From NCBI GenBank assembly GCA_964035545.1, contig OZ037765.1, forward strand, positions 34,555,880-34,619,879: DNA of 64,000 nt, written 5' to 3'. The position numbers and the translations under genes are program-made. The stretch comes from Bugula neritina (Eukaryota; Animalia; Bryozoa). Below the pieces are notes generated by a model. The model made no database searches. It was not told where the DNA came from and was given only the letters and a program-made list of their open reading frames with translations. Below, piece after piece: positions 38,301 to 47,619 of this stretch; positions within the stretch are counted from its first letter, which is position 1, and each line of letters opens with the position of its first letter.

Positions 38301-41300
38301 ATCTTGTCTGGGTCAGGACGCAGACCATCTTTCGATACTATATGGCCTAAATAGCGTACCTCCGTCTGATTCAACTGAATCTTCTTGCGATTAAACTTCA
38401 CATTAGCCTCTTTGGCCTTTACCAATAGCTTTCTCAGATTGGCATCATGTTCCTGTTGTGTCTTTCCAGCTACAATGATGTCATCAAAATACACTGAGAC
38501 ACCAGGCAAGTCTCCAAATATTTGCTCCACCTTCTTCTCAAAGACTTCAGCACTTGAGTGAAGACCAAATGGAAGTCTATCAAAACAGTAGCGACCATAT
38601 GGGGTGTTGAACGTTGTGAGCAGACTACTCTCTTTGGTCAAGGCTACATGCCAGTATCCATGTTTCATGTCCATGATGGTGTAGTATTGCATACCATTGA
38701 ATCTGAAGGCAATGTCTTCTAATGTGGGTATCTTGTGATGTTCTCGTCTCACTGCTCTGTTCAGGTCCTTGGGGTCTAGGCATATACGAACCGACCCATC
38801 TTTCTTTTCAACGCATACCATACTACTCACCCAGTTGGTTGGTACGTCAACCTTAGATATGATTCCAGATGCCTCCATATCATCCAGCTCCTTTTTCACT
38901 TTGTCTAACATACTGAGTGGGACACGTCTTGGATGATGAACCACAGGCTTCACACTCTCGTCAACACATATCTCGTGCTCTCCATCAAGTCTGCCAACTC
39001 CTTCAAACACCTCAGGGAACTCCTGAAGTATCGAGGTTGACAACTGATCAACTCTGCGGATCAGACCAAAAAATTCAGCAGCCTCGAGGCCAAGTATGGG
39101 AGGAAGGTCCTCATCAACCACCTCGAAGTGGACACTCTGGCTATGCTCCTTGTGGTTCACGGTGAGTTGAACTGCACCCACATTCTTGACCTTGGTCTTA
39201 TTATAGCCGTAAAGGCATACAAAAGTGGGCTTTAGAGTAGCACCAAGTGACTGAACGGTTCTTAGGTTGATGCAATTTGTTTCAGCTCCAGTATCAATCT
39301 TAAACTGAATATCATTGGCCTTTCCTTTGTCACTGACCTTCATCGGAAGAATCTAAGATTTCAATTTAGATTCATTAGAAAGAGCACCAACAGCACCTAT
39401 GAACAAGCTATTCATTTGTTTCGCTGCAAGAGCTTTGCCTTTGCAGACTTTCTCAAAGTGATTTTTCTTCCCGCAGTTATGACATGTCTGGCCATAAGCA
39501 GGACATCTACCTTTGGCATGTGTATATCCACAAAATTTGCAATCTATGTTGTCCTTACGTGTGTTACTTCTGGTTTTATTTTGCGTAGCGCCAGGCTGAC
39601 TCTGCACAGTGCTGACTGCAGCATCATTTATCTCATTGACTGTCTTTATAGTAGTATCACCGGCAGCCATCCTTGACATCTGCTGTTTGGTAATCTCAGC
39701 AGCACGGATGTCATCTAAGGCACTCTCAAGTTTAACGTTTTTGTCACGGAGTAGCCGCTCCTTCAGCTTTCCATCAGTGAGTCCAAACACAATTCTGCAG
39801 AGAAGCATTCGGTCTCGCAATTCGCCAAAATCACATTTTGTAGCTTGAGTTTTTAGACGTTTCACAAAGGTGTCAATGGGCTCTCCATCACTCTGACTGA
39901 GAGACCAAAAAACAAACCATTCATACAACACGTTACGCCGGGGATTGCAATAGGCTTCAAACTGCTCCAAAACATCAGCCACAACATCCTTGCTTTTACC
40001 TGCGCGAAAGTCAAATTGACCATAAATCTCAGTAGCTTCCTCACCAGCCTGGTTCAGAAGTATAGCAACCTGACGTCTATTAATACCCGCATTCTCAGGA
40101 GGAGGCTCTTGGCCACTCTCTTGAGGCTTCAAAATCAAATCACTTGCAAGCAAATAATTTTCCAAGGCCCTTCTCCACTTCCTCCAATTGTCTGACACAT
40201 TACCTTCAAATGATAATTCTCCAGGGGCCTTCAAACCTTCCATGACAGCTCCAAGGCAGACCAACACAGTCCACAACAACAAACAACTAAAAGCTAAACA
40301 ATCACCACTCCAGTGGCAAAGTAGGGTGCGAGTACGATCTAGCTGCCACCATGAAACATTAAGTATAGTGAGTATATAATTACCTGAGAGTTACTCGAAG
40401 TATATAGGCATGACACTGAAGTATCGAAAGAACAATAAAGTGGGGTCTGGCCGGCCAGGGGAAATACAAGGACCAAAAGTATAGTACTGATTTATAATTA
40501 ATTTATCACAAAGTCTATCGGCGTGTTTATCTACTGTAGGCTGACATCTTTCATCTCGTAGTCTCTCGTTCGTCCTTGACCCAATATGTATTTTAATAAA
40601 CAAATGCACATGACATTATAACGTAGCATCTCGCTAGTCCATAATTAGTGATAAACAAAAGACACATAATAATATAACAGCTATAATAGCTTATTCACAC
40701 ACGACGTTTTTTGTTCGTTGGGTTCGACGAATGCCCAACTAACAATCATCGCACCTCTTTGTCGCGCCAGCTGCAATAGTAGTGTATAGTTGCTTAGCAA
40801 CAGTGCTTTTACTAGTAAAGTTGTGACTAGTTATAGAAATCATCATAGCTTGACCACCTGCACTGTATCAGTATGATCTTTGTGATCCTGAATACAAAGA
40901 TGCACGTAAGCAACTGAGTTGATGTGCACAATGAGTAGCAGTGACTTGAAAAAAAGTTAAAATGTAGTTAAATTGAAACTGATGCAACTGAATCATTTCA
41001 CCTAAAGTAGACACTACCAACTTCTATTTTATTTTATAATAGTTCCAGCTGAAACATCTTAGCTATAGTTCTTTCATAAAAAAACTACTATAAAACAGGT
41101 CATTTTAATTTTTTATTTAGCAACAATAAAAAGTATAAGTAGAATAAGTAATGAAAGGCTACGAAAAAATAAATAATCAATTTGAGTTTGATATAAAAGC
41201 ACGACTACGGCATTGCAGTTTTACGGGTCATTTTCATTTCCTTTTCACAGTCCAACTGTTGTTAAACATAAATCTACTAAATCTTTAGCTTTTGTTTAGC

Positions 41301-44300
41301 TAATAAATTTGTCATAATTTAAATGTTTCATATTTGATTATAATTATTTTATTAACGCAGAATTTTTACTTAGTTATCGCTAAATTTAACTAGTCACAAC
41401 TTTACTAGTAAAAGCACTGTTGCTAAGCAACTATACACTACTATTGCAGCTGGCGCGACAAAGAGGTGCGATGATTGTTAGTTGGGCATTCGTCGAACCC
41501 AACGAACAAAAAACGTCGTGTGTGAATAAGCTATAAGCCAATGATGTGCGATCAGATAACATTCGTCAGCTGAAACCTAGCTGGGTCAGGTTCCAACGAA
41601 ACTGTGAAAAGTCGATCACGTGATCCAAAACGAACAAACTTTTCTGCTGTCAGACCAATCAAAGAATGCTAGTTTGGCGCAATTGACACAACTGTCCGAT
41701 CACGTGATCCAAAACTAACAAACTTTGTATTCGTCGTGCCATTTTGGTCCGCTATTCGTCCAATTCGTTAATCGTGTGAATAAGCTAGCAGTCGACGCAG
41801 AGTCGTCCCTGATACTAACTAACTCCATAACAATAAGCATAACGCTAGCATCTTCTACCAAGCACGCTAAGCCTAGGGCCACACGGTGCGTATTTTCGCA
41901 TGCGAAAATTGAAATCACAAGTAGCAAAGGTGTCCACTGTGAGCGTTGAGAAAACGTTGCACTTGTCGCTCTGCATTTTCAACGCAAGTGCGAATCGTCT
42001 CTGTCGTCGTCACCTAATTGGCTGGTAGTGATTAAGCGAGCCCAATTTCGTTATTTTAGTGCTAAATTCCAGTAAATTGCGTTTTATTGAAAGCGAGTGC
42101 GATTTAAAAATGAAAGCTTTATTTATCACGCATCACTGACGCTACAGTGGACACCTTTGCTACTTGTGGTTTCAATTTTCGCATGCGAAAATACGCACCG
42201 TGTGGCCCTAGGCTAACTGCCAGTGCAAATCATCTACACCTTCTATTAAGCTGATTGGCTATCCTGCGTGAGGTTGTTGATTCTATTTAACTAGTCTTGC
42301 CTTGTTTAACTGCGTACATCAGTAGCTAGCAATAATTGTCCAGCCGAGTATAAGAGAGATTTTACGCATTCTAATTGTCAGCCATTACGATGATTGATCC
42401 TTTGCACTTGTAGACATCATGCCAAGCGTATAGAGAATAAGCCACGAGGAGTTATCCTTTCGATAATAACATAAACTAAAATCCCTTACAATATTATAAT
42501 ATACCTCAGCGGGCTCAGTATAACATTATATTATATCTCAGTATAACATTATAATATATCTCAGTATAACATTATAATATATCTCAGTATAATATTATAA
42601 TATATCTCAGTATAACATTATATTATACCTCAGTATAATATTATAATATATCTCAGTATAATATTATAATATATCTCAGTATAATATAATATATCTCAGT
42701 ATAATATTATAATATATCTCAGTATAACATTATAATATATCTCAGTATAACATTATATTATACCTCAGTATAATATTATAATATATTTTAGTATAACATT
42801 ATAATATATTTCAGTATAATATTATAATATATCTCAGTATAACATTATAATATATCTCAGTATAATATATTATATCTCAGTATAACATTATAATATATCT
42901 CAGTATAATATTATAATATATCTCAGTATAATATTATAATATATCTCAGTATAACATTATATAATATAGCTCAGTATAATATTATAATATATCTCAGTAT
43001 AACATTATAATATATCTCAGTATAACAATATGTTATATATCAGTATAATATTATAATATATCTCATAATATAGACATAATTATAATAATATAAGTCACTC
43101 TGATTATGGTAAAATATTACGTCATAAGTTTCTGCACAATTATATTGACTTTATGTTTATATATATATTGTATTTATTTTAGTATTATTCTACACTATAA
43201 TATAATACACACCTGTTTGGTAGAGTTGACAGTTTACAGTAACTCATGTACAACACTCTCAATGATAGTAAGGATGTGAATATATTGTCAGGTAGACCTT
43301 CAGATAGGTTAGTTGCTGATATATCCAATACCTTAAGATTCTTCAGTGAAGATATGCTGTAACATAACATACAGGTAGAAAATCATGAAAGGTAATTGAA
43401 CTATATACTGTACATTCTACTCAACGGTATCATAAGAGGTCACTTATGAGCTTTTCATAATGTTATAGCAACTTTATATACCAATATTTATCAGAGTAAA
43501 AAGTTCCAAGTTGTCACACCATGTCTTACATCTGATAGAATAGAATAGTAAAGACATGACATCACATATATTATGTATAATGATTTATATAATGTAATTA
43601 ATTGATACAAGTCAGTTTATGTACATCACAAAAGATTAGAAGCTTCTACACCATTATTCAATAATATATTTATATATTGTATTTATTCTAGTATCATTCT
43701 ACACTATAATATAATACACACCTGATTGGTAGAGTTGACAGTTTACAGTGACTCATGTCTAACTCTCTCAATGATAGTAAGGATGTGAATATATTGTCAG
43801 GTAGACCTTCAGATAGGTTATTCGCTGATATATCCAATACCTCAAGATTCTTCAGTGAATATATGCTGTAACATAACGAAAAGGTAGAAAGTTAACCTAC
43901 TATATAAAAGTAATATTATTGAATAAGAATAATTTAGTTTTATTTAACTCTTGATCTGACCACTAAGAGTCAGATAAATAATACAGCAGTTGCTACTAAG
44001 GCTCAGGTTATTTCAAAGAGAAAGAGAAATATATAATAGCTTCACATTACACTCAGCTACAAGAGAGTATCTAACTTATATGGATATAATTTTATACTAT
44101 AACAAATTTTATACCTGGTGCCAATATAAACTGTTACACAGCAAAATAATTTATTAGAGGAGTAAGTGAGAAGTTGTTATACCATTTCTATCTGAGTACA
44201 TATCTAATAGAATAGAATACAATAATTGACTTGTGACCTATAATATACATAGAGTCTAGTTGACTCAATAAAGATAGTGCAGATAACTTCATAATGTATA

Positions 44301-46015
44301 ATATATTACACACCTGTTTGGTAGAGTTGACAGTTTACAGTACTCCATGTGCAGCTCTCTCAACGATAGTAAGTATCTGAATATATTGTCAGGTAGACCT
44401 TCAGATAGGTTATTATGTGATATATTCAATACTTCAAGATTCTTCAGTGAAGATATGCTGTAACATAACGAAAAGGTAGTAAGTTGACCTACTATATAAA
44501 AGTAATATTATTGAATAAGAATAATTTAGTTTTATTTAACTCTTGATCTGACCACTAAGAGTCAGATAAATAATACAGCAGTTGCTACTAAGGCTCGGGT
44601 TATTTCAAAGAGAAAGAGAAATGTATAACAGCTTCACATTACACTCAGCTACAAGAGAGTATCTAACTTATTTGGATATAATTTTATATTATAACAAATT
44701 TTATACCTGGTGCCAATATAAACTGTTACACAGCAAAATAATTTATTAGAGGAGTAAGTGAGAAGTTGTTATACCATTTCTATCTGAGTACATATCTAAT
44801 AGAATAGAATACAATAATTGACTTGTGACGTATAATATACACAGAGTCTAGTTGACTCAATAAAGATAGTGCAGATAACTTCATAATGTATAATATGATA
44901 CACACTTGTTTGGTAGAGTTGAGAGTTTACAGTAACTCATGTCTAACTCTCTCAATGATAGTAAGGATGTGAATATATTGTCAGGTAGACCTTCAGATAA
45001 TTTATTCCCTGATATATTCAATACCTCAAGATTATTCAGTGAAGATATGCTGTAACATAACATACAGATATGATAACGTATTAACTTATATATACTCATC
45101 ACATATTGGTTTGTTTTAAATTGAAACATAAATAGAAATACAATAAACAAGGTAAATAATACTAAAGCTAGTGTTAGTGCGAGGAGAGAAAACTCCACAT
45201 TCTACTACAAAATAATATCTCACTTATGAATATATTTTTATATTATAATATAGTACCTGGTCCAGTCAGCATTACTCTCTACTCCAGATACCCTCAGATG
45301 TGTGAGATGAGGAAACAGTTTGTTGATATTTGGAGGAATGTCATCCTCCAGTACAACATGAGTAACTGTATGATGTTTACTTATATCATTGGCCTCTTCT
45401 ATAGTGTAGGGTGTAGTATCATTCTTCATCCACTTATCATCAGCTCCATCTATACTGGATGTGTTGAACCACACCTCGTACTTCTCTATAAAATATTCAC
45501 CACTTTATAAATAATAACTTTGATATCAAATAATAGAGTGTCTCAACACTATAAACAGTATTGAAGTAAACTTGGATATTTTATAACTTCAAAATACATC
45601 CTGTGATATATTCTGACAGGTGAAAGGGTAGCCACGTTGTTTATACTTCTGTACAGTATATGTTATAGTATAATATAATATAATATAATATAATATAATA
45701 TAATATAATATGGTATATGTCAGTATAATAGTTATAGTATAATAGTTATAGTATAATAGTTATAGTGTAATAGTTATAGTATAATAGTTATAGTATGATA
45801 GTTATAGTATAATAGTTATAGTATAATAGTTATAGTATAATAGTTATAGTGTAATAGTTATAGTATAAAAGTTATAGTATGATAGTTATAGTATGATAGT
45901 TTTAGTATAATAGTTACAGTATAATAGTTATAGTATAATGTTAAAGTATAATAGTTATAGTACAATAGTTATAGTATAATAGTTATAGCATAATAGTTAT
46001 AGTATAATAGTTATA

Positions 46016-46092
<77 letters not shown>

Positions 46093-46489
46093 TAAGCAGG
46101 TATATAACATCACATAATAAACACTATAACAATATAATACTCAGATATGGTCAACACAGAGTTAGGTGCAAAGTAATGAAACAGTAGTGAAGAAATGTAA
46201 GAGAAAAGTTATGTTCTCGTGAGAATATAAACCTGCACCTCAACGTATAATTTATTAAGAACAATAAAGAACTTATGCTATCTCAACTTCTCCACTACTG
46301 CACCTTAATGTCATAACACATAAAAAAAAAGTATAAAATTTCTGTAGTTAGCAGTTGAAGTATTCATATTTATATAATTTACTAACTTAACACAGATTGA
46401 CCTGAAGGTGGAGGTGAAGGTGTAGGTGTAGGTGTAGATGGAGGTGTAGGTGGAGGTTCGGGTCGAAGTAGAGATTTACGTTGACCCAT
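1996..46489 (-). CDS. LRR-ROC-COR-caspase fusion gene, copy A (Roco/MFHAS1-like GTPase with C-terminal caspase), 14 coding exons, about 1364 aa
   Basis: Exons in transcript order: 46489-46402, 45485-45257, 45049-44906, 44457-44314, 43865-43722, 43356-43213, 16797-14792, 14682-14590, 11749-11541, 11388-11188, 3206-2984, 2716-2516, 2358-2249, 2154-1996. All junctions are GT-AG with matching phases; total 4095 nt with no internal stop. The exons from the LRR cassettes to the stop recur in the same order, with short introns, in copy B. Confidence 0.88.
3464..11120 (-). mobile_element. Ty3/Gypsy LTR retrotransposon 1 (degenerate), in the intron that splits the caspase p20 of copy A
   Basis: LTRs 10697-11120 and 3464-3886 (TG..CA, roughly 5% diverged by eye); TSD ATAT; PBS TGGTGGCAGCGGTGGGATT (tRNA-Leu type); PPT next to 3886; frameshifted gag, PR (LDTG), RT (YLDY), RNase H and integrase (5462-10640). 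Confidence 0.95.
13496..13565 (+). mobile_element. tRNA-derived SINE-like head
   Basis: A-box-like TGGTCCAGAGG and B-box-like GGTTCAACCC at tRNA spacing; no cloverleaf apparent. Confidence 0.35.
14792..16797 (-). CDS. Copy A large exon: last LRRs + ROC GTPase + COR
   Basis: LRRs ending LTSPPLEICERG; G1 GNTMVGKT, G3 DMGGQ, G4 THKD; COR motifs LPLVWEEV and LTYMHDCGKVLWY; Cys-rich end CYCAHC. Matches ORF 14655..16796. Confidence 0.95.
17400..25008 (-). mobile_element. Ty3/Gypsy LTR retrotransposon 2 (degenerate) with extra ORF3
   Basis: LTRs 24720-25008 and 17400-17689 (about 15 differences); TSD GTAT; tRNA-Leu PBS; gag 23589-24635 with CCHC knuckle; pol fragments (LDSG, YLDD, RNase H, integrase) to about 19216. 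Confidence 0.95.
18060..19150 (-). pseudogene. Element 2 ORF3: C2H2-like zinc fingers + Pro/Arg-rich segment + coiled coil (frameshifted)
   Basis: CRLCQLHF...FCPCGEYSYHRDYILRHQRTVRC; after a frameshift LRETEERIRELEREVQRLAPRISAAASKLRALRDSVAQLKKNA*; collinear with ORF3 of element 3. Confidence 0.75.
25274..25831 (+). mobile_element. Solo LTR
   Basis: TGTGGTA...TACTACA; TSD ATAT; internal TATAAAA and AATAAA; absent from the uninterrupted copies of the host element (near 35585 and 41275). Confidence 0.75.
25912..26583 (-). mobile_element. Solo LTR, related to and inverted relative to 25274-25831
   Basis: TGTGAT...ATTACA; TSD CTTT; empty site GTCGTGCTTTTATATC seen in the host-element copy near 41190-41205 (reverse complement); shares CTGGAGCTCA and CCGA-rich motifs with 25274-25831. 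Confidence 0.75.
26945..34445 (-). mobile_element. Ty3/Gypsy LTR retrotransposon 3 (young) with extra ORF3
   Basis: 305-bp LTRs 34141-34445 and 26945-27249 (2 differences seen); TSD CTAT/CCAT; tRNA-Leu PBS; gag 33156-34109 (CWECGNQGHFRRYC); pol 33040->28637 (IDSG, YFDD, RNase H, integrase) with frameshifts. Confidence 0.96.
27535..28356 (-). CDS. Element 3 ORF3: two C2H2-like zinc fingers, RS/P-rich basic stretch, coiled coil
   Basis: CQICGEECASHRSLKLHVNAH, FCPCGYNDVYPYPVTRHRATGC, KRRTRSPSPPMRRRRTPSP, LATVEERLLRLQEEFTQLAPDLL; 273-codon open frame between pol and the 3' LTR; true start codon uncertain. Confidence 0.75.
   Translation of the reverse strand: MYCINTVETFSDYTRPATTRVRDRTLPAPHPEEYASGDRPEPLCRRWRWVSPQTEEEIETAWGSRGRTRCQICGEECASHRSLKLHVNAHLLLTFCPCGYNDVYPYPVTRHRATGCFLGENYVVDAKLYPEFLTLIRPLVKKAMLLAVLTSGFQRVLDNTRQQSPLVSDRLQITYTPEEFTYPEEGEISPTPTKRRTRSPSPPMRRRRTPSPDPVRLATVEERLLRLQEEFTQLAPDLLNTTTGLFQLKGSVCRMKRKLRTCQAKHRRAQQGL
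34674..35842. mobile_element. Same TIR family, copy 2 (complete, inverted, inserted inside copy 1)
   Basis: TIRs AGCTTATTCACAC; flanked by TAA at 34671-34673 and, after removing element 4, TAA at 40684-40686. Confidence 0.8.
35844..40679 (-). mobile_element. Ty3/Gypsy LTR retrotransposon 4 (compact, Mag-like), young
   Basis: 328-bp LTRs 40352-40679 and 35844-36171 (2 differences seen); 5-bp TSD GCTAT; PBS TGGTGGCAGC; gag with two knuckles (CKFCGYTH..C, CHNCGKKNHFEKVC); PR IDTGA, RT YFDD, integrase; two stops and two frameshifts. Confidence 0.96.
40687..41533. mobile_element. Same TIR family, copy 3: rearranged derivative with the same end on both sides (about 145-bp inverted repeats)
   Basis: 40687-40833 is the reverse complement of about 41388-41533; flanked by TAA on both sides. 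Confidence 0.75.
41871..42213. mobile_element. Tourist-like (PIF/Harbinger) MITE
   Basis: About 70-bp TIRs GCCTAGGGCCACACGGTGCGTATTTTCGCATGCG; TSD TAA. Confidence 0.85.
42491..43070. repeat. 23-bp minisatellite (AGTATAAYATTATAATATATCTC)n; other half at about 17020-17070
   Basis: Direct tandem units. The same unit flanks the left end of the 25-kb nested insertion, so one array was split. Confidence 0.9.
43213..45049 (-). CDS. Copy A: four 144-bp LRR exon cassettes (48 aa, two LRRs each)
   Basis: 45049-44906, 44457-44314, 43865-43722, 43356-43213. Consensus SISSLKNLEVLNISxNxLSEGLPDNIFTSLLSLRELxMxxCKLSTLPN; each has acceptor ttacag and donor gtgtgt. Confidence 0.92.
45257..46489 (-). CDS. Copy A N-terminal exons: MGQRKS start with Pro/Thr-rich stretch (46489-46402) and LRR N-cap exon (45485-45257)
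   Basis: MGQRKSLLRPEPPPTPPSTPTPTPSPPPS joins in phase 1 to EKYEVWFNTS...IPPNINKLFPHLTHLRVSGVESNADWT, which ends in phase 2 and so fits the LRR cassettes. Confidence 0.7.
45660..46090. repeat. 14-bp minisatellite (TATAGTATAATAGT)n followed by (TA)n
   Basis: Direct tandem units. Confidence 0.9.
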
Positions 46490-46923
46490 CCTGTAGTCAC
46501 AGGTTACAGCTCTAGTTGTATTCAATAGTCTTCATTCTCATCTGTAACAACTATATACATGGTAGAATACTAGAAACTAAAGCTAGCTATTGACATTTCT
46601 GTAATATATCTATACTGATACCATGTACCAGCCATATAGTTATATCATATAATATACTCTAGAAAGGATGTAAAATCAAGTAACACCTGTAAGATGATGT
46701 ACTGAGAGATTTTATAACACCAAATAATGGTTAAATTCTTTCCATTTTGAGGTTAATCAACTCTGTAGATGTGTTCATTGCCAGTATAACTTTACCCATT
46801 ACTGTTAATTAACACATGTCAAAGTGTAATGACCGTGACACGTAGATGCTACCCCCCCCCCCCCATCAAGACCCTCCACCTCATCAGGAGCCATGTCTAT
46901 ACACCAGTCAAGCAACTATCTTA

Positions 46924-47619
46924 GGGGTAACGGAGTGGGGGGGGCACAACGGTCATAGGGGTACAAAGAGCCGATCAAATTGTGAGAGAACCTAATGACT
47001 TAGAGTTGTGATTTTCTTTTAATAAAAAGGTAATGACATAATTATTCAGCCATTGTAGTTTCAACACTTGCGGAGCATACATGTTGAAGAGGCGAGTCAA
47101 AAACTGCTTTTACCTACTTTTTGTTCGTTTTTAAGACATCATTAAAGCTCTGTTATAACTTTGTACACTCAAAGGTAACAAGTCTAGCTTTTACTGATAT
47201 TGTTGCCATTGCTTGTCTCCACATTGTTTAACTAGTCTAATATAGCAAATTCTAAAATAAATCTTCTTTGAGCCACATTTATTTTCAACTTGGCCACCGG
47301 GGCACAATGGGCCACCTGACCATTGGACCCTGATCACTGTTATTAGTTTGTTTGCTCAAATCTGCAAAGTTCCAATATATTTTCTGTGGCCCAGTGGCCC
47401 ATTGCACCCCGTACTGGGGCACAATGGGCCGTTTTTTCCGTCATGATAATTTTTTTATTCTGAAGGTTGTGAAAGAGATAGAAACAACAAACTGATATCT
47501 ATAATAAACAACTGGTGTAGCATTTAGACTAGAGATTATTGAACTAGTAACTTGAAAAACAGACGAATGAGAGCAGAAAGTTCAAAATTTGGACTGTTGT
47601 GCCTCCCTCCGTTCTCCCC
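46924..47619. mobile_element. Degenerate pogo/Tc1-like MITE
   Basis: Imperfect TIRs GGGGTAACGGAG..GGCACAACGGTC / GACTGTTGTGCC..CTCCGTTCTCCCC; TA on the left; internal GGGGCACAATGGGCC motifs. Confidence 0.5.

Larger units (their letters stand above)
25012..41787. mobile_element. Non-autonomous TIR element (PIF/Harbinger-type, about 1.17 kb core), copy 1, host of multiple nested insertions
   Basis: Ends TAGCTTATTCACAC / GTGTGAATAAGCTA. With the insertions removed it is the inverted equivalent of 34674-35842; its last ~250 bp resume at 41534. Confidence 0.8.
17071..42490 (-). mobile_element. Solo LTR related to element 1, split into 17071-17398 and 41788-42490 by nested insertions
   Basis: Starts TGTAGTG, ends AAAATCCCTTACA like the element 1 LTR; shares internal blocks (ATTACATAAT, ATCCTTTCGATA); TSD ATAT at 17067-17070 and 42491-42494; sits inside a 23-bp minisatellite. 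Confidence 0.75.
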
